Positions 51,550 to 63,862 of a stretch of 64,000 nucleotides of DNA are shown piece by piece. Each line of letters opens with the position of its first letter. Within the stretch, counting starts at the first letter, position 1. The position numbers and the translations under genes are program-made. The notes under the pieces were generated by a model. That model did not search any database, had not been told where the DNA came from, and was given only the letters and a program-made list of their open reading frames with translations. The stretch comes from Marsupella aquatica. Its lineage: Eukaryota > Plantae > Marchantiophyta. The DNA lies in contig OZ316895.1 of the NCBI GenBank assembly GCA_973895155.1, positions 6,746,184 to 6,810,183 on the forward strand, read 5' to 3'.

Positions 51550-52415
51550 TAAGATGTAATGAAGCTATACCAGAGGTTATCCTTATTAGAGTGTGAAGTC
51601 ATATTACGGTGAGTTTTGCTCACTACTCCTGGAATCTTTCTGAATCTCAGTGGGATTGCATGTAATTGCAGGTTCGACTCCAAACTTTGTTCTGGCTCCA
51701 AACGCTGGACTAGTCGTCTTCCCAATCTGGCAACCAACCATTGTATGTTGCAGACTCGCTCTGTCCTGGGTTGCATGTTTTCCTCCCTCACCAGTAAGTT
51801 GCCCTTCTTATCCAATCGACGAGCACTGGTCGTCCATCTATTGCAGAAGCTCTTATGTAGTGCAAAACACCTGCGACCACAAATGCTGGCATATCCTTTA
51901 CGTAGTGTAGGCAAACGTTGCTCTGTATGTGGAACAGGGGAACAATTCCAGTGCAACGATGTTTGTAAAATTGCTTCAAAGTTAAGAATTTGAGAGCGCG
52001 AAGGTCAATCGAAATAGATTTCTTCGATGTTTACATAAACATGAGCAGCTTCTTTAAGTAATGTTTAGATTAAGACTGTCGAGGTATGGTCCTTATTGGC
52101 ACTCGCTGCTCTGGGCTGCCATAGGTTCAACCAAATCCTTTCCAGTAACCATTTTCTGGAGAAGAAAAGCTTCTGAATCTCCCTAGGTAGTCCAATTGCT
52201 ACATGTTTGGCATAAATTGACCTCTCTGTAACTAAAAACTGACGACACGTTATTTCCATGTCTTCATTGAGTTTGAGAAGGGTAAGTTTGAATGACGACT
52301 TGCATGACAGCCAGCGTGATTGCTTCCGTGTTATATTGATCAACCAAATCGAGCAAGCTTTTTTAGTTAGCAAAGGAGTGTTCATCGTCGGAATTCCACT
52401 TTGCTCTATGAAAGA
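51550..52415 (+). pseudogene. Inverted, intron-containing degenerate copy of the last 3 exons and 3'UTR of the zf-MYND/MSS51 gene
   Basis: Collinear with the reverse complement of ~47640-46680. Lesions: ~60-bp deletion in the penultimate exon copy, GT->TT donor, and in-frame stops TAA 52146 and TAG 52188 in the last-exon copy (52125-52220). Confidence 0.9.
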
Positions 52416-55148
52416 TTCGACCTACAGCCAGTTAGGCCACCGAAGCTCGACTCAAACTCTAGAGAAGCAGGTCCCTCAACTGGAGGTCAAACCTGGAGGA
52501 AACCAGGATAAGGAAACAAAAAGTTCTGCAATGAATCTGACACTCTGCATTCGAAATAATATTTATGGCAGATATATCCCTGTTGTGGCCAATCGAAAGA
52601 TCTTCTATGGTTCTTTTTTCTCTCTTTTTCATTTGCACTTTGTCGGCGCGAAAGGGTAATGTTAGGGAATTCAGAAGTCCTTTTTCCTGTTCAAATTTAA
52701 TCGGACGTAGGCTACTTGTTTCGCCTTTTGTTGTCTGTGCAGATTAATTGAAACAGACCTGCCAACAGCGACATTAAATGACTTGGAGGCTAGGCTGATC
52801 TGCGACACCGACATTGAATGCTTTGGATGCTAGGCTGAGCAGATCCGCGACACCGACAGAATAATTACCATTATCGACATCACAAAGGCGGTTGGTGGGG
52901 GCTGCAAGACATTCTCATAGTGGGGAACGCCTAGTCCAGTACAAATAGCTTTCTCGAATGAGCCGCCTGCGTCCGTGCAATGTAGGACTCCCATCTGTCC
53001 ACGTCCGGGACCAAGACGAAGGTTCTTCCTTCTAGGTTGTCGGCCTGTTACACGGTGAAGGCCAGCGCATTTGTGTCCACTGTGGAATTGCAACATTGAC
53101 CTCAAGGTACAATCTAGGAAACTGCTCCTTGGCAGGCGGGCCCTGCTCAACATTCATTTGTACCAGAATGCAGCTGCGGTATCACTGGTGCTTACAGACC
53201 ACTAGGGGTGGAACAGAAAAGGTAAGGGCACAACGTCGTACATGAATTGTGAAGGAAATCAATCGAAAAACACGTAGCCAACATGAAAAGCTTGAACAGA
53301 GTGGAGAACACAGATGAAAGAAAAGCGCGTGGCATTTTTTGGTAAAACCTCGACGCATCGGCTTCCATCACCAACCTCAACACAACAATATACAAAGGGT
53401 ATAATATGGTTGTGATATACCTTCAGTTCATCGGCTGGAAAAAAAAAATTCATTCCTGTTTCACCCTAAACCAACTACCAACAAGTTAACAGCCACTTGC
53501 GTTGACTGCTTAGCCCCTGGAGAGGGGCACTTCGCCCAAGCTGGCCATAAGGATGTCAACTTGGGAGATTCAAGTGGGGCGGCAGATCCCTCACATTTTT
53601 GCACCGAAGATTTCATTGCATACCATTCACTGCAACAGTCTTTTTTGCCCTGAAAGTTTTCGAAGATTAACATTCACTGCAACAGCATGCTGAGCCATCG
53701 TGTCCCAAAAGGTCCCTGACTTCTGCACTGAAACAATATTTTTTGCCTAGAAGACTTCATTGAGTACCATTCATTCGAACAACATGCAACAGTCAGGGGC
53801 GTGTCGCAAAAGGGTCCCTGACTTTTGCACAGAGCAAATGGATACAATGAAGATCACATGTCTCACCAATTTAGCGAAAATCTTATAAAAGATGCACAAA
53901 TACCAATACTCGTTGATTGGGTCAGAGATTTCACGACATAAAAGTTTAGGACCAAAAGATCGATGTCGTGTAAAGTGCCGGCCTATCATGCAAAATAAGA
54001 GCGAGACCCTGGTTTGCCCCTGCAACAGCATCGAGGCCCATGGATGAATGATATTCAAACCTTAAACAAAATTTTCAACTCAAGCTCCCAGAAAATGTCT
54101 CCCTCCAAAATGCACCAAAATTGGTGCAGCACGTTTACACAACGGTATCGGCCTTGTGGACATATTTTGCAAACCATTTGTACTCATTGTAGTGCCAATA
54201 TGAAATGATTCATTGGAGGTTTCAACAATCAAACTTAGTAAAACGAAGTCCTCTCATATATAGAGGTGATCTCCGGAAACTCAGTTGGGATTGGTGCAGA
54301 GGATTGGTGCAGAAAACCCACCTAAATTTGGTCAAAGATACAAAGTGGTGTGTCTCCACATACTAGATAGGGACACAAGACAGTGGTATGTAAGCTGGAA
54401 ATGAATAGACTAACGCTGTTCGAAATTTAGCAAAACATAGATCGACACCCAAAAATTTGAGATTCTCTCATGTTGTTGGAGCAGTTCTCGCTGAAAATTG
54501 TAGTCCGTGCCGGAACCGAATGTATTTCACACATACTGTCGGAGTATTGTCATGGAACATACTGAATGACTCCGAATTGTACAAGATCTTAAATGTTTCT
54601 TTCATCTCAAATAGTGCATCTCTTCATCAAAGCCCACAAGTCAAGAATAAGGACTTGAATACGTGATGTTTCGAGAGTTAGTAAACATTTCCTGCACAGC
54701 ATTCGCTCCTCTTGATATGGGAAGCCATCTTCTCTCGTTCACTTCTCAAAATTTACAGCTGTGTGTATCGTCATCACCCACGAAGCTGGGCAGTTCTCAA
54801 AATTTGACAGTATGAAACTTCTGACGAATGCCAACATCTGCGACCATCGAAGATCTCTGATTTGCATTTTGCTTGACTAGTAAAATGTAAGGGTTCCGAA
54901 ATGATGAGGAAGCCAACTAAATGCAGGTGCAGCCCAACCCAATTCTACAGGTTTTGAATGAGAGAGCGCAGAAAACGGAACTCCGGGCAGAGCTTTGCTC
55001 AGAACAACATGGCACCCCAGTCATACCGTATCCTGCAAGTGTAGCAATCCTTTTAACGCATTTCCTGACCATATCAGGCGAGCGACTCCAGCACCATAAT
55101 TGTCTTTCGAGTCACAGTGACCTCCTCTGACCCTAAACAATCAAATTA

Positions 55149-56093
55149 TCAAGCATCGTCGTCACTGTCTTTCTTGAAGTTCGTCTTCCCTCCTTCCTTG
55201 GTGAAAGGCAGCTGTATGGGCCCAAATGGAGTATCGACCTCTGCATTACCCTTCAAAGTGTACCCTGTGCTCTTCCCTCTGATAATGTCCCACAGCGCCG
55301 ACCCGAAATCCTTCGGCCTGAACGTAATGGGTACCTGTAGCTGCCCAACCCCTGACGGACCTTCACCATCAGCTCCTTTCTGGATCACGGCAGTGCCCTC
55401 ATCATACATCGCCTGCCCGATAGATACATCGCCGAAGACGATGTCAGCAGACAGCTTGTTGACGCCCAGATCGAAGGGGTTGAAATTCTGCACCTTGAGA
55501 TGGAGCACTGCCTTGGTCTCCTTAAGATCCAGATGCTGAAACTGAACCCTCTCGAGATCCACGTCCGGCTTCTGAGGGATGGGAATTTCTCCGTCTTTCT
55601 CCAGAGGTATGCTGATTCTCCCAATCACAGGAACATCGATGATCAACGTCACCCTGAGCTTGTACTTCACGATCTGCCCCGGATTGAGTTCGTCAAACGT
55701 TTCCGTGATCTCCTTGAAGTTGATGTTGACCGGGATCTTGATGAGCTCCGATCCGTGGGCGTGGATGGTGCCGGCGTCCGGAATGAGCCCCGAGACGAGT
55801 TTCTCGCCGTTGGTCTCGATGAGGTACTCGATATCGACCAGAGGAATAGGCACCGGGTTGGGATTCGTGATGAGCACGTCGACGACGAGGTCCGCCAACT
55901 CTGTGGTCAAGTGGATTATGTGCATAGCCTTCACGTCCGCATCGGGCTTCCCGAATGAGAAAGCCGACCCGATCGCCGACCCTACGTCTTTCACGAAGTC
56001 TCCAATCGTGTCCAGGAAGCCGCCCTCATCCTGTTTCGACGTCTCTTCTCCTTTCTTCGCCTCTCGCGTCGTTGCATACTCCTCGCCCGACAT
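55149..56093 (-). CDS. Late embryogenesis abundant protein, LEA_2 family with two WHy domains (desiccation-related), 314 aa
   Basis: FGKPDADV, ADLVVDVLITNPNPVPIPLVDIEYLIE, GLIPDAGTIHAHGS, IPLEKDGEIPIP.KPDVD, FRPKDFGSALWDIIRG and an acidic tail. ATG at 56093 (the track ORF begins at an upstream non-ATG codon). Confidence 0.95.
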   Translation of the reverse strand: MSGEEYATTREAKKGEETSKQDEGGFLDTIGDFVKDVGSAIGSAFSFGKPDADVKAMHIIHLTTELADLVVDVLITNPNPVPIPLVDIEYLIETNGEKLVSGLIPDAGTIHAHGSELIKIPVNINFKEITETFDELNPGQIVKYKLRVTLIIDVPVIGRISIPLEKDGEIPIPQKPDVDLERVQFQHLDLKETKAVLHLKVQNFNPFDLGVNKLSADIVFGDVSIGQAMYDEGTAVIQKGADGEGPSGVGQLQVPITFRPKDFGSALWDIIRGKSTGYTLKGNAEVDTPFGPIQLPFTKEGGKTNFKKDSDDDA

Positions 56094-56769
56094 CGCTCTG
56101 TCCTCGCGCAAACAAAATCGTCAGTCGGCTCTCTTCTACAGTCGAATGAACGGATCCTCAGCTCACTCCTCGTCAGATCTTCAGAGTTCAGACACCCAGC
56201 AAGCTCGCACGATTCCCGACCTGCAAGAGAACTCTGGGCTTGCAATGGCAATCTCTTGTGTCTTGCACTCGGCCTCAATCGAGCTGATCACGGGAGGTTG
56301 CTTGCTCCTGCTCCTCTCTCCTCTTTCCTTCTTGCTTTCCTCGTGCGCTGCCGAACAAACGTCCATCCAGAACTCCGCTCAACTAGACACTGGAACAGTG
56401 CTCCAGATAAAATGTTCGACCTTTCCTCAGGCATCGTCTACCTTTCTCTCTACTGTAGTATAATTATGTACTTTGTAGGCAGGTACGCTCGTTTGGCACT
56501 CCCAATCAGACTCGAGATCGCAAAATACAGCCCCTCTCCAGTGTCACATTTTACTTTTTCGAATGTCGACTCTATGAAAATGTCGACTCTATGAAGGAGA
56601 TGTTCCAGTGTAACATTTTACTTTTTCGAATGTCGACGCTAGATTCCAAATATTCATTATCTGATTTTCCGGAGTATTTTCCTGAGCGTTAGATCTCCCT
56701 AGATATAAGAATGACCATCAGATCTGGCTAGTGGGGCCGGTGATAAGGTGAGACACTGGCTAGTGAGGC

Positions 56770-56962
56770 AGAAAAAAACTAGCTAATTTTTGCCAGAAGT
56801 GGCCAAAAGCTTCTTCTTTTTTGGAGAGGTGGAATTTGGTGAATATTTGTCACTAAAAAAATGGCTAGTGACGAAGAGAAAACTACTGTAGCTAATTTTT
56901 GCCAAAAGTGGCCAAAGCTTTTTTGGAGAGGTGGAATTTGGTGAATTTTCGCCACTAAAAAA
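56770..56962. repeat. Tandem duplication of GCTAATTTTTGCCA.AAGTGGCCAAA...TTTTGGAGAGGTGGAATTTGGTGAA..CACTAAAAAA; related copy at ~6895-6975
   Basis: Two near-identical units at ~56781 and ~56890. The GAGGTGGAATTTGG core is shared with ~6945. Confidence 0.7.
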
Positions 56963-57119
56963 ACGTGGTCCCTATCCCTACATGGGAAGTTGCTGCTCGT
57001 AGCGAATAGGGACCACCACTTTTTCTTTTTTCCTTTATGGCTTCAAGTGTGGTGAAAAAGCTTCAAGTGTGGTGAAAAGTGTAGGGCAACTCATGGGCCC
57101 CAGGGGTTCATGTACACAA

Positions 57120-57990
57120 TAAAGTCCTGTTTGGATGGCATTATGGGATATAATATAATGCCCTCACTGGCCGAAGGGTTTATAAAGTCCTGTTTGGAGG
57201 GCATTCTCAGATATAATGCCCCAAAAAACCAAGAGCTCTAATTTGGAGGGGCTATTATTGCCCATATTGCTCCAAAAACAGGACCTTAATAGACTTAAAG
57301 GAATGAGACATTTTTATGTTTTGTAACTTTAGTAAAAGTAAAAAAGAATTCCCCTAAAGAGACATCCCTTGACCCGATATTATGCTCCATAATGCCATGA
57401 AAAGTACAAAGGGGCATTAAGTATGTTTACTTATAGGATCAAGGGCATAAGGTGCTTTACAAGATACAGAGTGATTGTATGTTGGCCCCCTATGCGAGGA
57501 GGAAATAGGGGAGACCATATACTTGTAAAGAGTATTATGTGAGTTGGATCTTACTTTCAGGTCTATTGTTCACTTATGAATGGACCAGCTCACATTTCTG
57601 TTGTGTTTGCCGAGCTCAACATTTTACAGAGACCATATGACTTGCAATGAGAAATTAAAACCTCACGTTGAGAGGAGTAAGTGGTTGAGTACCATGATAA
57701 GTGAACACATGACCTTAAAGTATACAGTAAAAAATAATCTTAAAAATAAAAGAAGTATACAGTAAAGCTAGTCCTGTTTAGAGGGCATAATCTGATGCCC
57801 CCCAAAAGGAGAGCTTTGCCTTGACTTTTGAGGGGCTACTATTGCCCATAATGCTCAGGACGGAAACAGGACCTTGATACACAGTTTGAGGCCTGAGAGC
57901 TTTCTAATTTTTCTAACTTTACTAAAAGTATAGCAGAATCTTCCTAAAAGAGATGATCCATATCTTGACATAGCAGAATGCCCTGGAAAA
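57120..57990. mobile_element. Cluster of short Tourist-like MITE copies (GTCCTGTTTGG...AAACAGGAC)
   Basis: GTCCTGTTT(G/A)G at ~57124, ~57187 and ~57771, paired with AAACAGGACC at ~57276 and ~57864. Segments 57185-57400 and 57770-57990 are homologous. Confidence 0.55.
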
Positions 57991-59419
57991 TGGAAATACA
58001 AAGGGAAAATTGAGGATGGGCATCACTGAGTATATAATCATGTTCCCAATATTGACCATTACTCTGTATTACTGTTGACCGTATGTCAATCCACATATTT
58101 GGGGAGGCATATGGAGGCCAAATACACTTAATGGCACACCACTTAACTAATGGTAACTATTAAGGGTAGTTTTTGTTTTGTTGCCACAAGCAAACCTTTG
58201 AGGTGAGTCTTGTGTTGAGTTATTATGGTCTGTGTCCATTGATTCATCTACACTTGTTTTTTTAATTGTCTCATTAAAAGATATACTGTATCTGTGCACA
58301 GCTAAGTGTTGCAAACAGTGTGAAAATTCTGGCAAGGTCAATGTGAGCCAATCAGAACTAAGCACATAACCTGAAAGTATGATCAACTTTCAAGTAGGTA
58401 TATATTCTTTTAAGAGAATATGGTCTCCTGTATTTTTCCCCGCATACGCAGGTTGGCATTTGGTCACCCTATTCCTCGTAAAGATCACAGTATGCCCTTA
58501 ATCCTATACATCAATGCTCTGGCTCAGACCAGAAATAGAAATACACAGGTCTTAGAAACAACATAACTGTAGTGCGCTTGCACATTGCCAAAATTGTGAC
58601 CTTGTGAAGGCCTCAGACTATATATACTCACCACTATGATATATCAATTAATAATATGGCAAATTTTGATTTGCCCAGACGCTTGATTGTTAGACCTCTA
58701 CCCTTGATGGGACGTAGGCCCTGGGGGTGGTGAGCCCAAGGGGGTTACAGCCATGGCCCTACGTGGCCAAGGGTAACATGATTGTAGTTTTGCTCTGTTT
58801 TGATCTAAACATTGTGCATGAAATTGGGTAGCCCTTGAGGTGGGCTACTGTAGCCATGGGGCAGAAAGCTTATAACCCTGGGCCGGGCTGGCATGGGCAT
58901 TAAGGTCATAACCATCCATGTATATACAAAGAGATAACTACAAGAAGTGTATACAGAACAAGTTTACCAAAAAAAAGCCAAAACAAAGGATAGTAAAGGA
59001 AAAGCAAACCAGGTTGAGAGAGAGAGAACAAACACCAAACTCCAAAGAAGAGGGTCAAAATGTAAACTCCAAAAACCTAGAAAGAGGAAAAAATATGAGA
59101 AAGATAAACCCTGCAGTAGAGTGATAGCTGATGGTACATGTCTTAGACTTGCAGTATTGTGGACCATTAGCTCCAGTAGGCTCTCATTTATATCACAAGG
59201 AAAGAAAGGATGGACCACTACTTGATTCAGTCAATAGTGGTGGGATCCACTTTTGTGTCTTAGGAAGGTGGCACTTATGGCGAGTTGAGAAGCCTGTGCC
59301 AAACAAAAAAAAAGTTGTTCTTCTCTTGATGGTCACACTATGAACATTAGATCTACGTACAGTCAGATCTGGACCATTGATTTTGGCAAGTAAGTCACTA
59401 ATACATTTTAGAACTTTTG

Positions 59420-60397
59420 TGTGTCATTAGCAAGCCCCTTCACCTGGTAACATGGTACACAAAAATGCCGATGGACTCTTGGGACTCAACCTCCGCACCT
59501 ACTTGGCCTTGCCTCCCCAACGCAAGCTCCCTTGGGAGACTGAACGCGGCTTGGCTGCTGTTCGGTAGGATTTGGCAAGCAGGCGAGTTAACACCCGCAA
59601 ACCCCGAGACCCTAAGGTACCTCCAGATCCAGCTGAGCTCAGGAGGGCGTAGCCCTCCTCAAGAGAGTTCCAACGCATCCAAGAAGTCCTTTAACGGACT
59701 TTCCGTTGGGAAGATATTGTCATTTCTGTTTGGCGGTTTCCCTTAGTGTCGCGACCGCCACGGCTCACGGCTTCGGCTCGCCTTTAGCCCCAGGGAGACA
59801 CCACTCCTCTTATATATGCTTTTGGAGACCTGCCACCCCCAGACCAGCTTTGGTCCCTAAACATTTGGCCCCAACCCGGATCCCATCGCGCATAATGGGC
59901 GCGCCACTAACTGGCAACGCCAATAACTTTCTTGATAGGCATCCGCAAGCGGAGTGCCTTAGCCCTTTGTGATCGGGCCGACCCGGTGCTCATGCCTAGG
60001 CTCTCAGGTCTGATCGCCGCTTGGGGCCCCCAACTTGCGCCCCAAGTGTCCGTTGCCAATGACTTTAACTCCATTGGCCTTGGCCCAAGAGGAGCTCACA
60101 CTCAAGCCCTCATAACTTAAAGTCCATCCGGAGGTCCGGATGGCCATCCTTGAGCCCGGCCCATTTCCCCTTGACTCGACCAGCTCTCGGCCAGTCCAAG
60201 TCCTTAGTGTGTGCCCCCAGCTTGGCTCCTTGCCTCGCTAGTGCCACGTCTCATTGCCCACAAGTCTCCCCATGCCAAGTCCTCCCCGGATGGCCTATCC
60301 GGGCTTGGACCATAAGGGAGCTCGGCGTCGGAGTCAGCGACGCCGGAGCTAAGTGTTAAGGTAGTCGAGTTCCGTGACTTCAACCCAGTAACTTGCA
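59420..60397 (-). mobile_element. Probable solo LTR (978 bp)
   Basis: TG...CA termini flanked by TTTTG on both sides (59415-59419, 60398-60402). GC-rich body, TATATAAG on the minus strand at ~59810, no credible ORF. Confidence 0.55.
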
Positions 60398-60686
60398 TTT
60401 TGGCATATCATCATATCTATCACAGTGCCAATAAAAACAAAGTCACCAACCCCTAGAGAGGATCCAACAAAGGGGAAGAGGTAAAAGGGCAAGACCACAA
60501 GATCGAGGGCCAACAATACCTCCACAAGTATATGCCAAACTGCCAAAAAGCAGGAGGCACTGAACCGGGAGACATGATCTCACAAGCCAAAAACCCAATC
60601 AAGGGAGAACAAGAAAAAGGGCAAAAAGCTGAAAAGACCAGGCACTAGCCCAGTGCAAGGAAAACAAAAGAAACACAAACCAAAAT

Positions 60687-61430
60687 CTACGTGTCTGCAA
60701 ATTGAAGAGCTTGGTAGAGCTCAGGTGTAAACTGCATAGGAGGGTCAAGCAAGAGAATCTGACTAGATGCCCAGAATCCATGCCTCTCCCATATGAAGAA
60801 TGTGGAAGGTCTGTGCTTGCTGGAGTGAAATAGACACCCACTGTAAAAAAAAGGCTGTGATAATAGAAATGGGGGGATAAGGCCATCGCTTGACATAATG
60901 AACTGCACGAGAACACAAGAAACGGTCAAAAGTCGAGTGCAACCCTCCAGAGACCTCCACAGCAAACGGGTAGAAAAGATCCCCCGGGTAACGCATAGCA
61001 TAAGCCTCCTTAAGGTAGGCAGCCCTTGCAGCAGCATGGCCCTAGATATGGGCAGCGGACGCCACATTGGCCCCATTCCTAGGGTCAGCAACAACCACAT
61101 CCCCAAGGGCACCAACACCAGCACAAGAGAAGACCAATCAACACGACACCTCTTGGGAATCCCATCCTGGGGAGTTAACACAAGTCTTTGCTCCATCATA
61201 ACATGATACCTGGAATCATGAGCAATGGCTGCCACCATATCCTGTATGTCATTGTGTGTCGCCGTCCGCTTGCTCCTGTGACCACACCGAAGTATGTGAA
61301 CCCCCTCCCAATCCAAGGGCACTCCACAGATGCATGTGGGTCGGTTGAGGAGGCAAGTGTGAGGAATATCAAATTGGAGGCACATGGAGGTGGTGAAGAT
61401 GAAAGAACTCATATGGAAGGGGGGCCACAA
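60687..61430 (-). mobile_element. 3' fragment of an RLE-type (CRE-like) non-LTR retrotransposon, frameshifted
   Basis: CICGVPLDWEGVHILRC zinc knuckle, then RTATHNDIQD, ..EQ.., RVD and, in another frame, FYPFAVEVSG...ISLQQAQ: the layout of a PD-(D/E)xK restriction-like endonuclease domain. Confidence 0.75.
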
Positions 61431-61604
61431 TGGGCTGGCCGGTAACCAAGCCCTCAAACCAACGCCCGAACCGGATAAAAGACCCACAAGTCCAGGAGCC
61501 TCAAACAAATGCTAGGGAACACAAAAGAAAAAGCCCTACTCAGAAGATAAATAATCTCATCAGTTATCATTCACTTGCATCAGTGTACCTGATATCAGCT
61601 GTCA

Positions 61605-62030
61605 CCTCATCTCAGAGAGTCCGCCAAGTTGCGATGCGAAAAAGAAAAAAATGAAGAAAACAAAATTCTTGAATTTTTCTTCAAAATTTGAAAGAAATTT
61701 TTTTTCGTCATGAGGCGTCCGTACCGTACGGACACCTATCTCGGTGAGCCCAGCCGAGATGGGAAAAAAATTTCTGAACTTTTTTTTTTCAAAATTTTTT
61801 TTAGTAAAATTTTTGGTTTTTTTTTCCATGTCTTTTTCGGTCCGTACGCCCCATCTCGGCGAGGCCAGCTGAGATGGGGAAAAAATTTTCAAATTTTGTT
61901 TTTCAAAAATTTTTTTTTTCGGGAAATTTTTAATTTTTATTTATTTTGGATTTTTTTTTGGTCCGTACATCCATCTCGGAGAGGTCAGCCGAGATTGAAT
62001 CAACCTCGGTTGCCCAGTTGAGATGAACGG
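61605..62030. repeat. Array of GC-rich hairpin repeats (GTCCGTAC..CCATCTCGG.GAG..CAGC.GAGAT) separated by T-rich spacers
   Basis: Units at ~61717, ~61840 and ~61961, with partial copies at ~61609 and ~62004; ~120-bp period. Confidence 0.75.
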
Positions 62031-62086
62031 AAGTTCGAAGGCTCCATCTCAACTCCTAAACTGAGATTCTAAAATTTTTGAAATAA

Positions 62087-62290
62087 CTGATATGAGTAGA
62101 GTTATCAACCACTGATAAGTAGAGTTATGAACCACTAACCACTGATAAGTAGAGTTATGAACCACTGATAAGTGATGATGTTATGTACCCTCCTACTCAG
62201 ACTGATGGGGCGCTCGAATAAACCCTTGTTGTGTACCCTCCTACTCAGCAGAAAACTGAAAAGACTGATGGGGCTCTCGAGTAAACCCCA
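62087..62290. repeat. Short tandem repeats: CTGATAAGTAGAGTTAT.AACCA x3-4 and TGTACCCTCCTACTCAG..ACTGATGGGGC.CTCGA.TAAACCC x2
   Basis: Directly visible direct repeats. Confidence 0.8.
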
Positions 62291-63862
62291 AAGGAGGGTC
62301 ACCCAGAGCGATTTGTCTAGAACATACATCCTCCGCCCTACTATACTAAGAAAAGGCAACTCCTTCAGTAAAGAAATAGAGTACACGGTAGAGATGCTCT
62401 TACCCTACACAATCTACGTTGAACTGAGCCAGATCAGTAATGGAGGCCCCACTCACATGGTTTGCATGTAGCGCCGTAGCGGGGCCGGAAGAATCACAGA
62501 AAAGTGGACCGAAAAAATGGGTAGTACGAACCGTCATCATTATTGCCTTGCTGCTGCGATTTTGACGCAATTGTAAGGGTTTGGCACCCTGCATTGAGCG
62601 GTAGTTCTAAAGATAAGACTACTGTAGCATAGTCAACCTCGTGGGCATAATTATTCTGTTTTGCAATCGACGGAATGGAGCTTTCTTATTAGAGATCGAC
62701 AGCGCTTCGTTGCATTCGCCGGCTCTCGAGTATAATGTGTGAAATTGACTCCATTCGGTTTGTGTGTGCACGATCAAAATACAGAGGAGTTGTTAATACA
62801 ATCCAATTCAAGGACCTGGGTTGTTGCTGGCTTCAATCGAAACGAAGTGGGAGCCTTTAATTTGGACTTGAAATCCGATTCTTAAGCAAGACTGCAGACC
62901 CTTGGCAGGATTTTATCAACTCTGACGCTAACCCACGTTGCTTTACTGCTCCAGTTTTCGGTGCCCACAGAGATGACGATGACAGAAATTTATACTTTAA
63001 TCAATCTCGCTACCTAAGAGGCGTGGTAGTAGGAAAGGTTGGGACAAGCGTTAGGAGAACATTTCAACTAACTACGAACTGATTAAGACTACCTAAATCT
63101 ACATAATGTATGCCGAGTAAGGACAAGCTTCAATTTACAATGGATTGAAGTTCGTAACTTCAAAGGTACTCAGGGAAAGCATCTTGAGAGCTGAATTGAT
63201 CGGATCGAGTGTGTTGTTGAACAAAGAATCTTGAGGGAAGCTAATCAAATCCAGGATGCAGAAGAGTGGATGAGAGCTGATTAGAAATTGGGAGGGCCGT
63301 GCCATGAAGGTGAGACAGTGGAGGACGTTTAGACGCTACAAATTGCAAAGAGACGGTAAGCCCGCATGCCTTAGCAAACATTGGTGGAAAAAATGATGCA
63401 GCATGTGGTGAGAGAAATGAAAACGATAGAGGACATTTCTTAAAAAAGGGTAGAATTCTTACAATATGGCAGCTGTGCAGCGGTTGGTACACAAAGGGGA
63501 GACAAATACTCGCGAAATGATGCCTGTATATACTTAAATTAAGATACAAATTGAGCAATAACACAACCATTGACCTTAACGATGAACAAAGGAGGATGCT
63601 GTGCTGTAGCGTTCATGACCTTAGCAATCTAGGGTCTCACCTTCCACCTCTTTCATCCACTAAGGACTGATGGATTCAGTGACGTGGGAAGATTGACCAT
63701 CTTGCGTTGATACAACGATACAACTTTACGACCAAGGCATTATGAAGACTAGGCATATAGATGCTGTCCAAGTCGTCATCTCATAATTGACAAATTGGAC
63801 TGTTTTTTCTTGATCTTCCCCCAACACTCACGAACAAATCAAACAAAAACTCGGTGGCAGCT

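Noticed and set aside
9098-56093. Stress or metabolic gene cluster (GGCT2, OMT, GDPD, LEA)
   Set aside because: Unrelated pathways, genes 13-17 kb apart and separated by TEs; no shared biosynthetic logic.
55500-56463. 294-aa and 152-aa plus-strand ORFs
   Set aside because: Antisense shadows of the GC-rich LEA_2 CDS; no independent motifs.
61700-62030. CRISPR-like repeat-spacer array
   Set aside because: Eukaryotic context, degenerate repeats, long low-complexity mutually similar spacers, and no cas genes.
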